DNA from: a virus
Lineage: Duplodnaviria; Caudoviricetes
DNA: 24,828 nt
Virus record (IMG/VR): IMGVR_UViG_3300009095_000070
Coordinates: 1-24,828 of that record
Reading direction: 5' to 3' (one strand)
Shown one piece after another: positions 7,375-14,890 of this stretch. Within the stretch, counting starts at the first letter, position 1; the number at the start of each line of letters is the position of its first letter. The notes beneath the pieces are model-generated. The model was given only the letters and a program-made list of their open reading frames with translations, was not told where the DNA came from and made no database searches. The position numbers and the translations under genes are program-made.

Positions 7375-7478
7375 GTTCAACGGGAGGCTTCGCTCAGGTT
7401 GCTGCTCAAAGTGTGATGCAGTGTGTCTGTATTTCGCCAATGACTTCCGCCGGGAGTTCGTCGCCTTCCCCGAGCGCC

Positions 7479-8234
7479 CTACCCTGGGATCTCCTCGAAG
7501 GCGAGGTAGCTGCCAAAATACTGCCGCTGGACGTTCGTGGCGCCCGGCAGTTCCAGGGCGTAGCCGTACATCGCGGTGCGCGCCGCCAGCTCCGGATCGA
7601 ACAGCTTCGTGCCGATGTCGCGATGCTGCGGGACGATCACCCCGCGGCCGCCGGCGGACAGCGCCACGGCGATGGTCTCCCAGTCGGCGCCATCGATCCC
7701 GCCCTTCCGGACCAGCTCGACGCTGCGGGGACTGAGCTCGCCGGTGAAGCGCCGGAACGGCACGCGCGGGACCGTGCGTACCTGCCCGCCGCGGGTACGG
7801 TGATGCTCGCTCGGGTCCACGCGCTCGATCTGCCAGCCGTCGCGGATACCCACCTCCACGGCGTCCATGACGACGATCTCGCCGATCTCGACGGTGCTCA
7901 CGCCCGTGGAGATGCCGATGGTCACGCTGCTGGTCGGGCCGGTCAGCGGGAACAGCCAGGCCACCACCCCGCCCGGGGTGCTCCGGACGGTCCCGGCCGC
8001 GAGTGCGCCGGTCACCGCATCGCCTGCCTGCAGGTTGCTGCCGAGGATCCCGACGACGCGCGGGCGGACGGGTGCGGCGAACTGCAGCGTGATCGACAGC
8101 GCGCCGGTGCGGTTGATCCGGCTGGCGCGCGCCGGCAGGCCATCGTGGAGCGCGGCGCCCGCGTCGCTGGTCAGCCAGCTGCCGCCAGACAGGGTGACGC
8201 CGGTCACCGCCGGCATGCCGTAGGCCAGTTTCAA
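7479..8234 (-). CDS. Minor tail protein, probable distal-tail (Dit-like) component, 251 aa
   Basis: Beta-rich protein with …VDPSEHHRTRGGQVRTVPRVPFRRFTGEL…, a tube-fold-like hairpin, and a terminal F-E-E strand. TTG start lies 3 nt after the hub stop. Confidence 0.6.
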   Translation of the reverse strand: MKLAYGMPAVTGVTLSGGSWLTSDAGAALHDGLPARASRINRTGALSITLQFAAPVRPRVVGILGSNLQAGDAVTGALAAGTVRSTPGGVVAWLFPLTGPTSSVTIGISTGVSTVEIGEIVVMDAVEVGIRDGWQIERVDPSEHHRTRGGQVRTVPRVPFRRFTGELSPRSVELVRKGGIDGADWETIAVALSAGGRGVIVPQHRDIGTKLFDPELAARTAMYGYALELPGATNVQRQYFGSYLAFEEIPG

Positions 8235-8237
8235 GGA

Positions 8238-10172
8238 TCACCCCCACAGGGTCATGGCGACCTCGCCGGTCACCGGGTTTCGTTCGACGGAGCGCACCAG
8301 CACGCGGCGGCCCGCCTCGAGGCCGTAGCGCGGGTACGTGAGGCGGCACACCTGTCCCGGCTTCGGTGCGAGGTCCAGGTCGATCAGGCGCACCTGGTAG
8401 AAGGCGCGGGCCTGCGCGTAGAGGCTGCACACGCGGTTGATCTCGGCCTGGGCGTCCTGCGGCCGCCAGAACACGGACACCAGCGGCGGGTTGCTGTCGG
8501 CGTGGGCGTAGCGCGGCGAGAGTGCCACACCGGAGTAGGCCTGCCCGCGCCACGGGGAGGTCAGCTCGTTGCGGCGCCACACCGGCACGTCCACCAGGTC
8601 GGTGACCAGCTCGCCGGCCCCCAGCACCCGCGCGTTCGGCTGGTAGGCCATCCGGCGCGACAGGTTCGGGGCTTCGTCGGGGATCCGCACCAGGTCGTCG
8701 GCGAGCTCCGCGCCGTCCAGTTCGAAGGCCGGCGCCACGGTTTCCGGATCCACCACCCGGGCGAAGCGCAGGGTCCCGTCCGCGTCCTGCCACCACCAGG
8801 CGCCGTAGCTCGGCAGGATCGCGGCGAGCGCCTCGCGCACGGTCACGCGGTCGCCGGCGTAGAACCCGATGCCCGCATAGCCGGTTGCGGTGTCGATCGC
8901 TGCGGCGTCTGCCGACGACCAGGCGGCCTTGCCGATGCGGTCGAACAGTTCGTGTAGCGCCTCCTGCAAGCTCGCCGGCTGCATCCCGGGGCCGATGCTC
9001 GAGGCGTCGACCACCACCGGCCCGACCGGCGGCTGCTCGACGAGGATCTGCTGCCCGTCGCTCGCCAGCGACCAGGTGCCCGGCTCCATCGGGTCGCCAC
9101 GGTCCAGCACCGCGCTCACGTGAGCGAGCGGCGCGTCCGCCAGCCAGCCGACCGAGCCGTCGCTGTTCGCGCCCAGGTACGGGATGCTGGCGACGGCGCC
9201 GATCACCATCGGCTGCGTGCGCCACGCTAGCGCGGAGATCGCCGGCAGGAACTGGCCGGGGTTGGCCGGTTCGTCGAGGTCGTCGTGCGCGTCGCGCAGG
9301 TGCAGCGCCTTGCGACCGTCGTCGAGGGTCTCGATCCGATCCAGGGCGAAGCGAGCCACGTCGACGGGGACGCCGCCCACCGCCAGCCGCACCGCCACCG
9401 GTACGCCGGCCACGTCCTGCGCTGCCAGCGAGTCCAGAACCCCCACGTCCTGCACAGTGAGCTGCGCCGCGGTGCCCTGGATCGGCTCCCCTCCGCCCCA
9501 CGGCCAGAAGCCTAGCGCGGCCACGGTGCTGATGCCGCCGGTGTCGATCACGCCCTCCCACCGGCGGTGCTGGTCGTCCAGGTGCTCCCGGTCCGCCAGA
9601 CGGGCGACCGGCACCACAGCCGGCGCCGGGCTCCAGCCAGCGGCGCCGGCCGGGCCGGCAGCCTGCCACTGGCCGGCATTCACCGCGGCCCACAGCGTGG
9701 CGGCCTCCGGCGCGGCCAGCGACGCAGCGAAACGCCAGGCATGCCCGGGCGCGATCGCTCGCGAATGCACCAGGACGTCGCCCTTGTAGAACTCGACCTT
9801 GCCGCTGTCCAGCAGCAGCCGCACGCCCACGGTGTCGCCCTTGGCCACTGCCGCCAGGCCGCTGGCCACGATGGAGTTGCCGACGTAAACCCGGCCGGTG
9901 TCCAGGCGCCAGCCGATCCCGGCGGCGTCGCCGCCGACCATCTTCGACAGCGAGGCTCCGGATTGGACAACGCCGATGACGGCCTGCAGGTCGGCGTCAC
10001 CCCAGAAGGTGAACTCTGCGCCATGCGTGCCGGCGGTCTGGGCCACCGTGCCGACGGCGGTGCGCTGCAGGTCTGCCCCGTCGGTGTCGGTTGTCAGCGT
10101 CAAGCCGCCGTCGCTGGCCAGCAGCAGCGGGCCAATCGGGGAAGCAGCGAAGCGGGCGTAGCTGCGGCTCAC
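8238..10172 (-). CDS. Tail tip / baseplate hub protein with N-terminal SPRY (B30.2)-like domain, 644 aa
   Basis: SPRY-like segment (VIGVV…GIGWRLDTGRVY…GDTVGVRLLLDSGKVEFYKG), hub-like PMVIG motif and OB-like C-terminus (PGQVCRLTYPRYGL…TLWG). ATGA overlap with the upstream gene. Confidence 0.7.
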   Translation of the reverse strand: MSRSYARFAASPIGPLLLASDGGLTLTTDTDGADLQRTAVGTVAQTAGTHGAEFTFWGDADLQAVIGVVQSGASLSKMVGGDAAGIGWRLDTGRVYVGNSIVASGLAAVAKGDTVGVRLLLDSGKVEFYKGDVLVHSRAIAPGHAWRFAASLAAPEAATLWAAVNAGQWQAAGPAGAAGWSPAPAVVPVARLADREHLDDQHRRWEGVIDTGGISTVAALGFWPWGGGEPIQGTAAQLTVQDVGVLDSLAAQDVAGVPVAVRLAVGGVPVDVARFALDRIETLDDGRKALHLRDAHDDLDEPANPGQFLPAISALAWRTQPMVIGAVASIPYLGANSDGSVGWLADAPLAHVSAVLDRGDPMEPGTWSLASDGQQILVEQPPVGPVVVDASSIGPGMQPASLQEALHELFDRIGKAAWSSADAAAIDTATGYAGIGFYAGDRVTVREALAAILPSYGAWWWQDADGTLRFARVVDPETVAPAFELDGAELADDLVRIPDEAPNLSRRMAYQPNARVLGAGELVTDLVDVPVWRRNELTSPWRGQAYSGVALSPRYAHADSNPPLVSVFWRPQDAQAEINRVCSLYAQARAFYQVRLIDLDLAPKPGQVCRLTYPRYGLEAGRRVLVRSVERNPVTGEVAMTLWG

Positions 10173-10531
10173 TCAGCCATCTCCACTTCGTCTCCCGGCG
10201 GCAGCGGCTCCGGCGTGTTGACCGCATTGTGGGCGTGGTCATAAAAAGCCTTGGCCCAGGTCACCCAGCCGGCAGCGGACAGCGTGACTTCCTGCCCGGT
10301 CACCGGGTCGGTCACCGTGAGCACGGTCGTGGCGTAATCAGATAGCCGGGTTTCCAGCCGGTCGCCGCGCGTGCCGAACTGCTCATGGCCGGCAGGCAGT
10401 GGCAGGAACTCCTTGCCCCACCAGATTGCGGTCAGCTCGCCCGCCCCGGCAGGGGTGTAGTCCAGCTCGATCCGGGTGGCGATCATTTCGACGGTCAGCC
10501 CTTCGGCCACTTCGCGGAATCGGGTGTTCAT
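10169..10531 (-). CDS. Small tail-associated protein (fibre partner or chaperone candidate), 120 aa
   Basis: Start reassigned to ATG 10531: TGATG overlap with the fibre stop and an AAGGAGG SD. Translationally coupled on both sides. Confidence 0.75.
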   Translation of the reverse strand: MNTRFREVAEGLTVEMIATRIELDYTPAGAGELTAIWWGKEFLPLPAGHEQFGTRGDRLETRLSDYATTVLTVTDPVTGQEVTLSAAGWVTWAKAFYDHAHNAVNTPEPLPPGDEVEMAE

Positions 10532-13227
10532 CAGCCCTCCTTCGATGCAATGGTGATCTCGCCGTCCACTGGCACGCCGGCCACGGTCGGGTCTGACAAG
10601 GCGGTGACCCGAGCGCGGTAGCTGAAGTCCTGCGTGGAGGTGCTGGTGTCGTTGTAGGAAATCGCGCCGTTGATGGTGGTCACCACCACCGTCCGGTTGA
10701 GTTCGGACTGGTAGATGGCCGATTTCACGCCCGTGACCCGGTAACTGTTGACCTGCGTCCACGCCCCGGTGCCAATGCGCCGGTAGATCGTCACCGTGCC
10801 GTTGAAGGTCTGGCCGTGGCCGGTGGTGACGTTGCCCGGAACCGTGCCGTTGTTGAGGTAGCGGAACTGGCTGCTGACACGCTTGGTCCCGCCCTGGCTC
10901 ACGAACGGACCTACCTCGGCCTGCACGTTGAGCGGGTACGCCGTGAACGTCGCCTGCGACGGGTGGTACAGCGCGCCGGCCGTCAGCGTTCCGCCGAAGT
11001 AGGCATCGTTGGTCCGGGTGAAGTACATGCCCGCGTTGGCACGGGTGCAATTGTTGAGGTTGGACTGGTTCGGCCCAGCCCAGAACACGAACTCGTTACC
11101 GGCACCGAATCCGGGGCCAATGGCGATCATGGCGCTGCCGATGCGCCAGACCGAAACACCCGCGCTGTGCGTGTACCCGCCCGTGCCACCGGGGTCCACG
11201 ATGCTGAACATGCTCGCAAGGATGCGGAACGCGCTGATCCCGCCGCCGGCCAGAAGCTGGATACCGGCGATGTCGCCTCCGGCTTGGACGGCGAGGGTCC
11301 ACTTCGCCAGCATCTCCGTCAGCGTGTTGCTTTGCGGCTCAAGGAAGACGTCATCGACAAGAAAGTTGCCGAACGCATGCCCCGTGTCGGGGGTATAGAC
11401 CTGCAATGCGGCCTGGGCCGCCTCGGCTGGCGCTGACAGCGTCGCCTGAAACAGACGCCACGAAGTAGACAGATCGTCCCGCGACACATTGGCAACGATG
11501 TTGTTCGCCAAGGTCGAGCCGTCAGCCCGATACCAACGGACGTGCAGGTAGAGCCGCGCGGATGAGTTCGGTTCCGTGCTGTACCTGATCCATCCTCCTG
11601 CACGCACGGTTTGCCCTGGTTGGACGGCAGCGCGACCGGCGTTCAGGAACAAGCGCTCATTAACGCTTTGGTTCATGTCCACCCGCAAGAAGCGGATGCC
11701 GCTGCGTGCTGCGTTCTGGTTCGGGAAGTACGAGAACCCCGACGGCATGGACGTCGGCCAGCCGCTCCCCGTCTCGAAGCTGGGGTCTAACACGGCATTG
11801 CCGCCCACCGCGTTAACCGACACCTCCCGCAGCTCGTTGATGCTGGCACTGTTCCCGCCCACGTCAGCCGACAGGCCAGAAAGCTGCTGGCCCTGCGCGC
11901 TGATCCTGCCGTCAACATCCTGCTTGACGTAGTTATCCAGCGCCGTGACCGTGCTGCTGTTGGCCTTGCCCGCGATAGCGGCGGTGTGCGTAGCGAGCTG
12001 CCCCGTGTGGGCTTCCACGGTGTCCTCCACGTCGCTCACCCGGTTGGTGACCTGCGTGACGCTCTGCGCCGTTGCAAGGCCGCCCGTGCCCGTGGGCATC
12101 CGGACTTCCATTGCTTCGGTGCGCTGTGCAAGGGCAGAGTCCGCGTCGGCCCTCGCCGTGGCCTCCGCCGTGACGCTCGCAGCCGTTGCGAGGTCATCGG
12201 TGCCCGTGGGCATCCGGGATTCCATCGTTACGATGCGGCTAACCTGCGCCGTGTCTGCATCGGCCCGCGCCGTTTCCTCGGCATCAATGCGTGCGTTGGC
12301 GTCCCCGAACTGTGACTGCAAGCTGCTGCGCCACTGCGCCATCGTCTCCGATGCCGACACGCGCACGGTGTCCATGTTTAGCAGCCATGCGGTGCCCGCG
12401 CCATTCTTGGCGCCCAGCAGATTCAGAGATTCGGCGTGGGCCTCCAGCTCGTCCGCATGAGCCGACAGCTCCGACAGGGCAGCCGCTACAGCGTCACCAA
12501 GAGATGCGTACTCGCCCAACAGCTCCCAGTAAGCCCCGTCTGTGACAGGCGTTCCAGCCGCCACAGCCTGCAATGCTCGATACAACTTGCCGTCGAGCTG
12601 GACTAGATCGCCCTCAAGGTATGCGGTGCCTGCGTCCCATTCCTCAGCGCCGAGAATGTCGTTGAGCTGCGCCATCGTGGCGTCGATGTCGGCCCGGAGC
12701 TGGTCGGCACGCAGGTTCAGGGCGGCAGCGGCTTGCTGGGCTTCTGCTTGGACGCCATCAACTCGTTGATCCATGTCAGCGAAGTCATCAAGCATCTCCT
12801 GGGCCTGCTGCTGCAGGTCCGTGATGGCCTGCCCCACCTCGACCGGATTGGCGACGACGGCATTGGTGCGGATGCTGTCCCGCCCGTTGAGAGTGGCGTA
12901 CAGCCGGACCCAGAACGCCCCACTGGGAAGCGCGATCGTGTAGGTCTGGTCGGCGGTACGGGTGATCTCGATCCAGGCGCCGGGCGTACCGTCGACGTCG
13001 GGCGCGCCCTCGACCACCGTCAGCGCCCCCGGTTGCGTGCTGCGCGTCCAGGTGAGCTTGGCAGCATCGGCCATGACTTCCACGGCCAGGCCGGTCGGCG
13101 GTGCGAGCCCGGGCGACGGGCGCGGGTTAGGCGTCCAGCTGGAAGGGGGGCGCGGTGCCGGCGGCGTGACAGGCGGCAGCTCGGCCGGCGTGCCGATCTC
13201 GACAAGCAGGACGCGAGGTGGGGTCAT
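10531..13227 (-). CDS. Central tail fibre / host-specificity protein resembling the C-terminal half of lambda J, 898 aa
   Basis: Domains in order: FN3-like domain, coiled coil, CBM5/12-like motif (WDAGTAYLEGDLVQLDGKLYRA…YW), TARADAD repeats, CBM4/9-like domain (N-x-V-L-D-P-S-F-E), DUF1983-like AKWTLAVQAGGDIAGI segment, beta-rich C-terminus. Confidence 0.85.
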   Translation of the reverse strand: MTPPRVLLVEIGTPAELPPVTPPAPRPPSSWTPNPRPSPGLAPPTGLAVEVMADAAKLTWTRSTQPGALTVVEGAPDVDGTPGAWIEITRTADQTYTIALPSGAFWVRLYATLNGRDSIRTNAVVANPVEVGQAITDLQQQAQEMLDDFADMDQRVDGVQAEAQQAAAALNLRADQLRADIDATMAQLNDILGAEEWDAGTAYLEGDLVQLDGKLYRALQAVAAGTPVTDGAYWELLGEYASLGDAVAAALSELSAHADELEAHAESLNLLGAKNGAGTAWLLNMDTVRVSASETMAQWRSSLQSQFGDANARIDAEETARADADTAQVSRIVTMESRMPTGTDDLATAASVTAEATARADADSALAQRTEAMEVRMPTGTGGLATAQSVTQVTNRVSDVEDTVEAHTGQLATHTAAIAGKANSSTVTALDNYVKQDVDGRISAQGQQLSGLSADVGGNSASINELREVSVNAVGGNAVLDPSFETGSGWPTSMPSGFSYFPNQNAARSGIRFLRVDMNQSVNERLFLNAGRAAVQPGQTVRAGGWIRYSTEPNSSARLYLHVRWYRADGSTLANNIVANVSRDDLSTSWRLFQATLSAPAEAAQAALQVYTPDTGHAFGNFLVDDVFLEPQSNTLTEMLAKWTLAVQAGGDIAGIQLLAGGGISAFRILASMFSIVDPGGTGGYTHSAGVSVWRIGSAMIAIGPGFGAGNEFVFWAGPNQSNLNNCTRANAGMYFTRTNDAYFGGTLTAGALYHPSQATFTAYPLNVQAEVGPFVSQGGTKRVSSQFRYLNNGTVPGNVTTGHGQTFNGTVTIYRRIGTGAWTQVNSYRVTGVKSAIYQSELNRTVVVTTINGAISYNDTSTSTQDFSYRARVTALSDPTVAGVPVDGEITIASKEG
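12055..12282 (-). repeat. Two tandem 114-bp (38-aa) repeats in the fibre stalk
   Basis: AEETARADADTAQVSRIVTMESRMPTGTDDLATAASVT and AEATARADADSALAQRTEAMEVRMPTGTGGLATAQSVT. An identical 18-mer occurs at 12086-12103 and 12200-12217. Confidence 0.9.
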
Positions 13228-13529
13228 AGGGAGTCGAACCAGTTATCCGCCTCGTCTTCGGGCGGAGTGGGAACCAGGGCGTCGAGGAAGTTGGCCAGCC
13301 GCGGCGGGCGCTCACGGCCCGGAGCGTTGGCGGCGATCGAGTAGGCGATCAGGGCGGCGGGCCGCTGGTGCAGGCCGACGGGGTCGATCGGGTTGCGCTT
13401 GTGGAACTCGAGCCAGGACAGGAACTCCCGCCGGCTCATCGTGGCCCGCAGCTCGGCCACGGTCCGGTGCAGGTGAAGGGCGAGGACGTGCCAGAACCAC
13501 TCCTCGCCCTTGACCCTCAGCCGTTTCCC
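13224..13529 (-). CDS. Tail assembly chaperone T portion (gpGT-like C-terminus, reached by -1 frameshift)
   Basis: The -1 frame is open from the slippery site: KRLRVKGEEWFWHVLALHLHRTVAELRATMSRREFLSW…, a typical LA-x-x-L-x-x-T-V-x-E-L motif. Confidence 0.85.
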   Translation of the reverse strand, partial: GKRLRVKGEEWFWHVLALHLHRTVAELRATMSRREFLSWLEFHKRNPIDPVGLHQRPAALIAYSIAANAPGRERPPRLANFLDALVPTPPEDEADNWFDSL

Positions 13530-13861
13530 GCTTCTTCCTGCTGGGCCTCGACGTCACCGAAGCCGGAGTGCTTCAGCGCGATCTTCTGCAGCTCGGCCGC
13601 GATTAGCGGCTTCAGCTTGCCGGCCTGCTTCGCGTCCATCACCGCGTTGCCGTCGGCGTCGCAGATGGTGGCGGCGATCAGCTTGGCGCGGTCGCCGTCC
13701 GCCCAGATCTTGCGGAACTCGGAGTCGGGCAGCTCGCGCACGTAGAACTCGGCCGTGGTGCCGGGCTTGAGCTCGACGGTATCGCGATGGACGTTGTCGG
13801 CCGCAAAGGCGCCGCCCTCGGTGAAGGCGGTCAGGAGGGGGGACTGGGTCTTCTTGGTCAT
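13517..13861 (-). CDS. Tail assembly chaperone (gpG-like), 114 aa
   Basis: Follows the tail tube gene, carries FYVREL…LIAATICDADGN motifs and ends at the slippery site. Confidence 0.85.
   Translation of the reverse strand: MTKKTQSPLLTAFTEGGAFAADNVHRDTVELKPGTTAEFYVRELPDSEFRKIWADGDRAKLIAATICDADGNAVMDAKQAGKLKPLIAAELQKIALKHSGFGDVEAQQEEAGNG
13523..13529 (-). other. Programmed -1 ribosomal frameshift heptamer G GGA AAC
   Basis: XXXYYYZ heptamer one codon before the gpG-like stop. The -1 frame joins the ORF that ends at 13224. Confidence 0.85.
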
Positions 13862-13965
13862 GGGGTCGCCGTTGAGTAGATGGCAGGGCGCGCAGGCCGC
13901 GCACGGCGGGAACGCGGGATTGCCCCGCGACGCCCTGCCGGTGAAGTGATCCGCCGGTTACCCGA

Positions 13966-14436
13966 TCAAGGCGTCGGGCGGTGGGTGGTGACCGGGCCGG
14001 TTCCGCGGATCGTGATCGTCGCGCGCCACACGTCGTTGTCCGCCACGGTCGGCGCGAAGTTCTGGACGAAGCCCATGAAGGACTTGCTGACCACTTCGGT
14101 GGGCGGGGTGATAACGCCATCCACGGCCGCCGGCAGCGGCACGCCCTCGGTCTCCGACAGCGGCGCGGTGACCAGGAAGTTCACGACCTCGCCGGTCTCG
14201 TGGAGCTCCTCGAGCGCTTCGTGCGCGGTGGCGTCGTAGATGATCTCGATCGACGTCGAGCCGGTGGCCTTGCGGCCGGCGACGAACTGATCCCAGTCGT
14301 CGTCGAAGTCGGAGATGTCGATCTCCGAGGCGGAGCCGTCGGGGAAGCCGACCGAGCGCAGCCGGGTGACCTTGATCACCTCGGTCGCGGCGGTAGCGAT
14401 GAACAGCTGGGTGTGCTTGGACTTGATGACAGCCAT
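13966..14436 (-). CDS. Major tail tube protein, 156 aa
   Basis: GSASEIDISDFDD…FVAGRKATG…F-x-G-F-V…TITIRGTG tube motifs. Start reassigned to ATG 14436, which has an AGAGGA SD. Confidence 0.9.
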   Translation of the reverse strand: MAVIKSKHTQLFIATAATEVIKVTRLRSVGFPDGSASEIDISDFDDDWDQFVAGRKATGSTSIEIIYDATAHEALEELHETGEVVNFLVTAPLSETEGVPLPAAVDGVITPPTEVVSKSFMGFVQNFAPTVADNDVWRATITIRGTGPVTTHRPTP

Positions 14437-14454
14437 TGCTGGGGTCCTCTGTGA

Positions 14455-14497
14455 GAAAGCCCGGTCGCCGGGCACGAAAAAGCCGGCTTGCGCCGGC
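14455..14497 (-). terminator. Tandem hairpins / terminator upstream of the tail tube gene
   Basis: Minus strand reads GCCGGC-GCAA-GCCGGC-TTTTT, then GCCCGG-CGA-CCGGGC-TTTCT. Confidence 0.7.
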
Positions 14498-14524
14498 GGT
14501 CGGGGGTTACTTGGTGGTGGTGGA

Positions 14525-14890
14525 TCAGCGCAGCTGCGTCAGCCGCGCGTCGAAGCTGATGCCGAAGCTCCCGGTGTCGTCGTCGTCCGGGCTGGGGTTG
14601 AAGCCCTCGATCTGGCCGCGACGCTCGACGGCGTCCCGAATGGCCATAGCGGCGTTGTTCGCGGCGGTGAGGCTGCCGCCCCAGACGGTGATGCGAATCC
14701 GCCAGCCGTCCGCCGGCGGCGTCTCCGAGAGCAGGTTCATCGGGCCGCCACCGACCACATCCCACGCCGCGTACGGCATCGGCGTGTCCAGGGGCGCGGC
14801 GCCGTAGTAGAACCGCACCGGATTGCCCAGCTGCGCGCGCACGGCCGGCTCGGCCTGCATCGCGGCCAGGATCAGGGGAACCATGCTCAT
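14525..14890 (-). CDS. Tail terminator / tail completion protein (DUF3168-like)
   Basis: FYYGAAP…PYAAWDVVGG…RIRITVWG…A-x-AIRDA pattern and gene position. ATGA overlap at 14887-14890. Confidence 0.85.
   Translation of the reverse strand: MSMVPLILAAMQAEPAVRAQLGNPVRFYYGAAPLDTPMPYAAWDVVGGGPMNLLSETPPADGWRIRITVWGGSLTAANNAAMAIRDAVERRGQIEGFNPSPDDDDTGSFGISFDARLTQLR

Noticed and set aside
5766-7478. CRISPR array or cas locus near the Cas2-like gene
   Set aside because: No regularly spaced repeats of 25-40 bp and no other cas gene were seen.
6220-7478. Type III toxin-antitoxin system (ToxN plus repeat RNA)
   Set aside because: The upstream repeats are only 9-12 bp in two copies, and a protein antitoxin (Panacea) directly precedes the toxin.
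7252-9693. 813-aa minus-strand alternative-frame ORF
   Set aside because: It is Arg/Gly/Pro-rich, overlaps the hub and Dit-like genes out of frame, and looks like a typical GC artefact.
10531-13227. Diversity-generating retroelement or invertible tail-fibre cassette
   Set aside because: There is no reverse transcriptase or invertase in the window, and I saw no template/variable repeat pair or inverted crossover sites. The only repeat is an in-frame tandem duplication.
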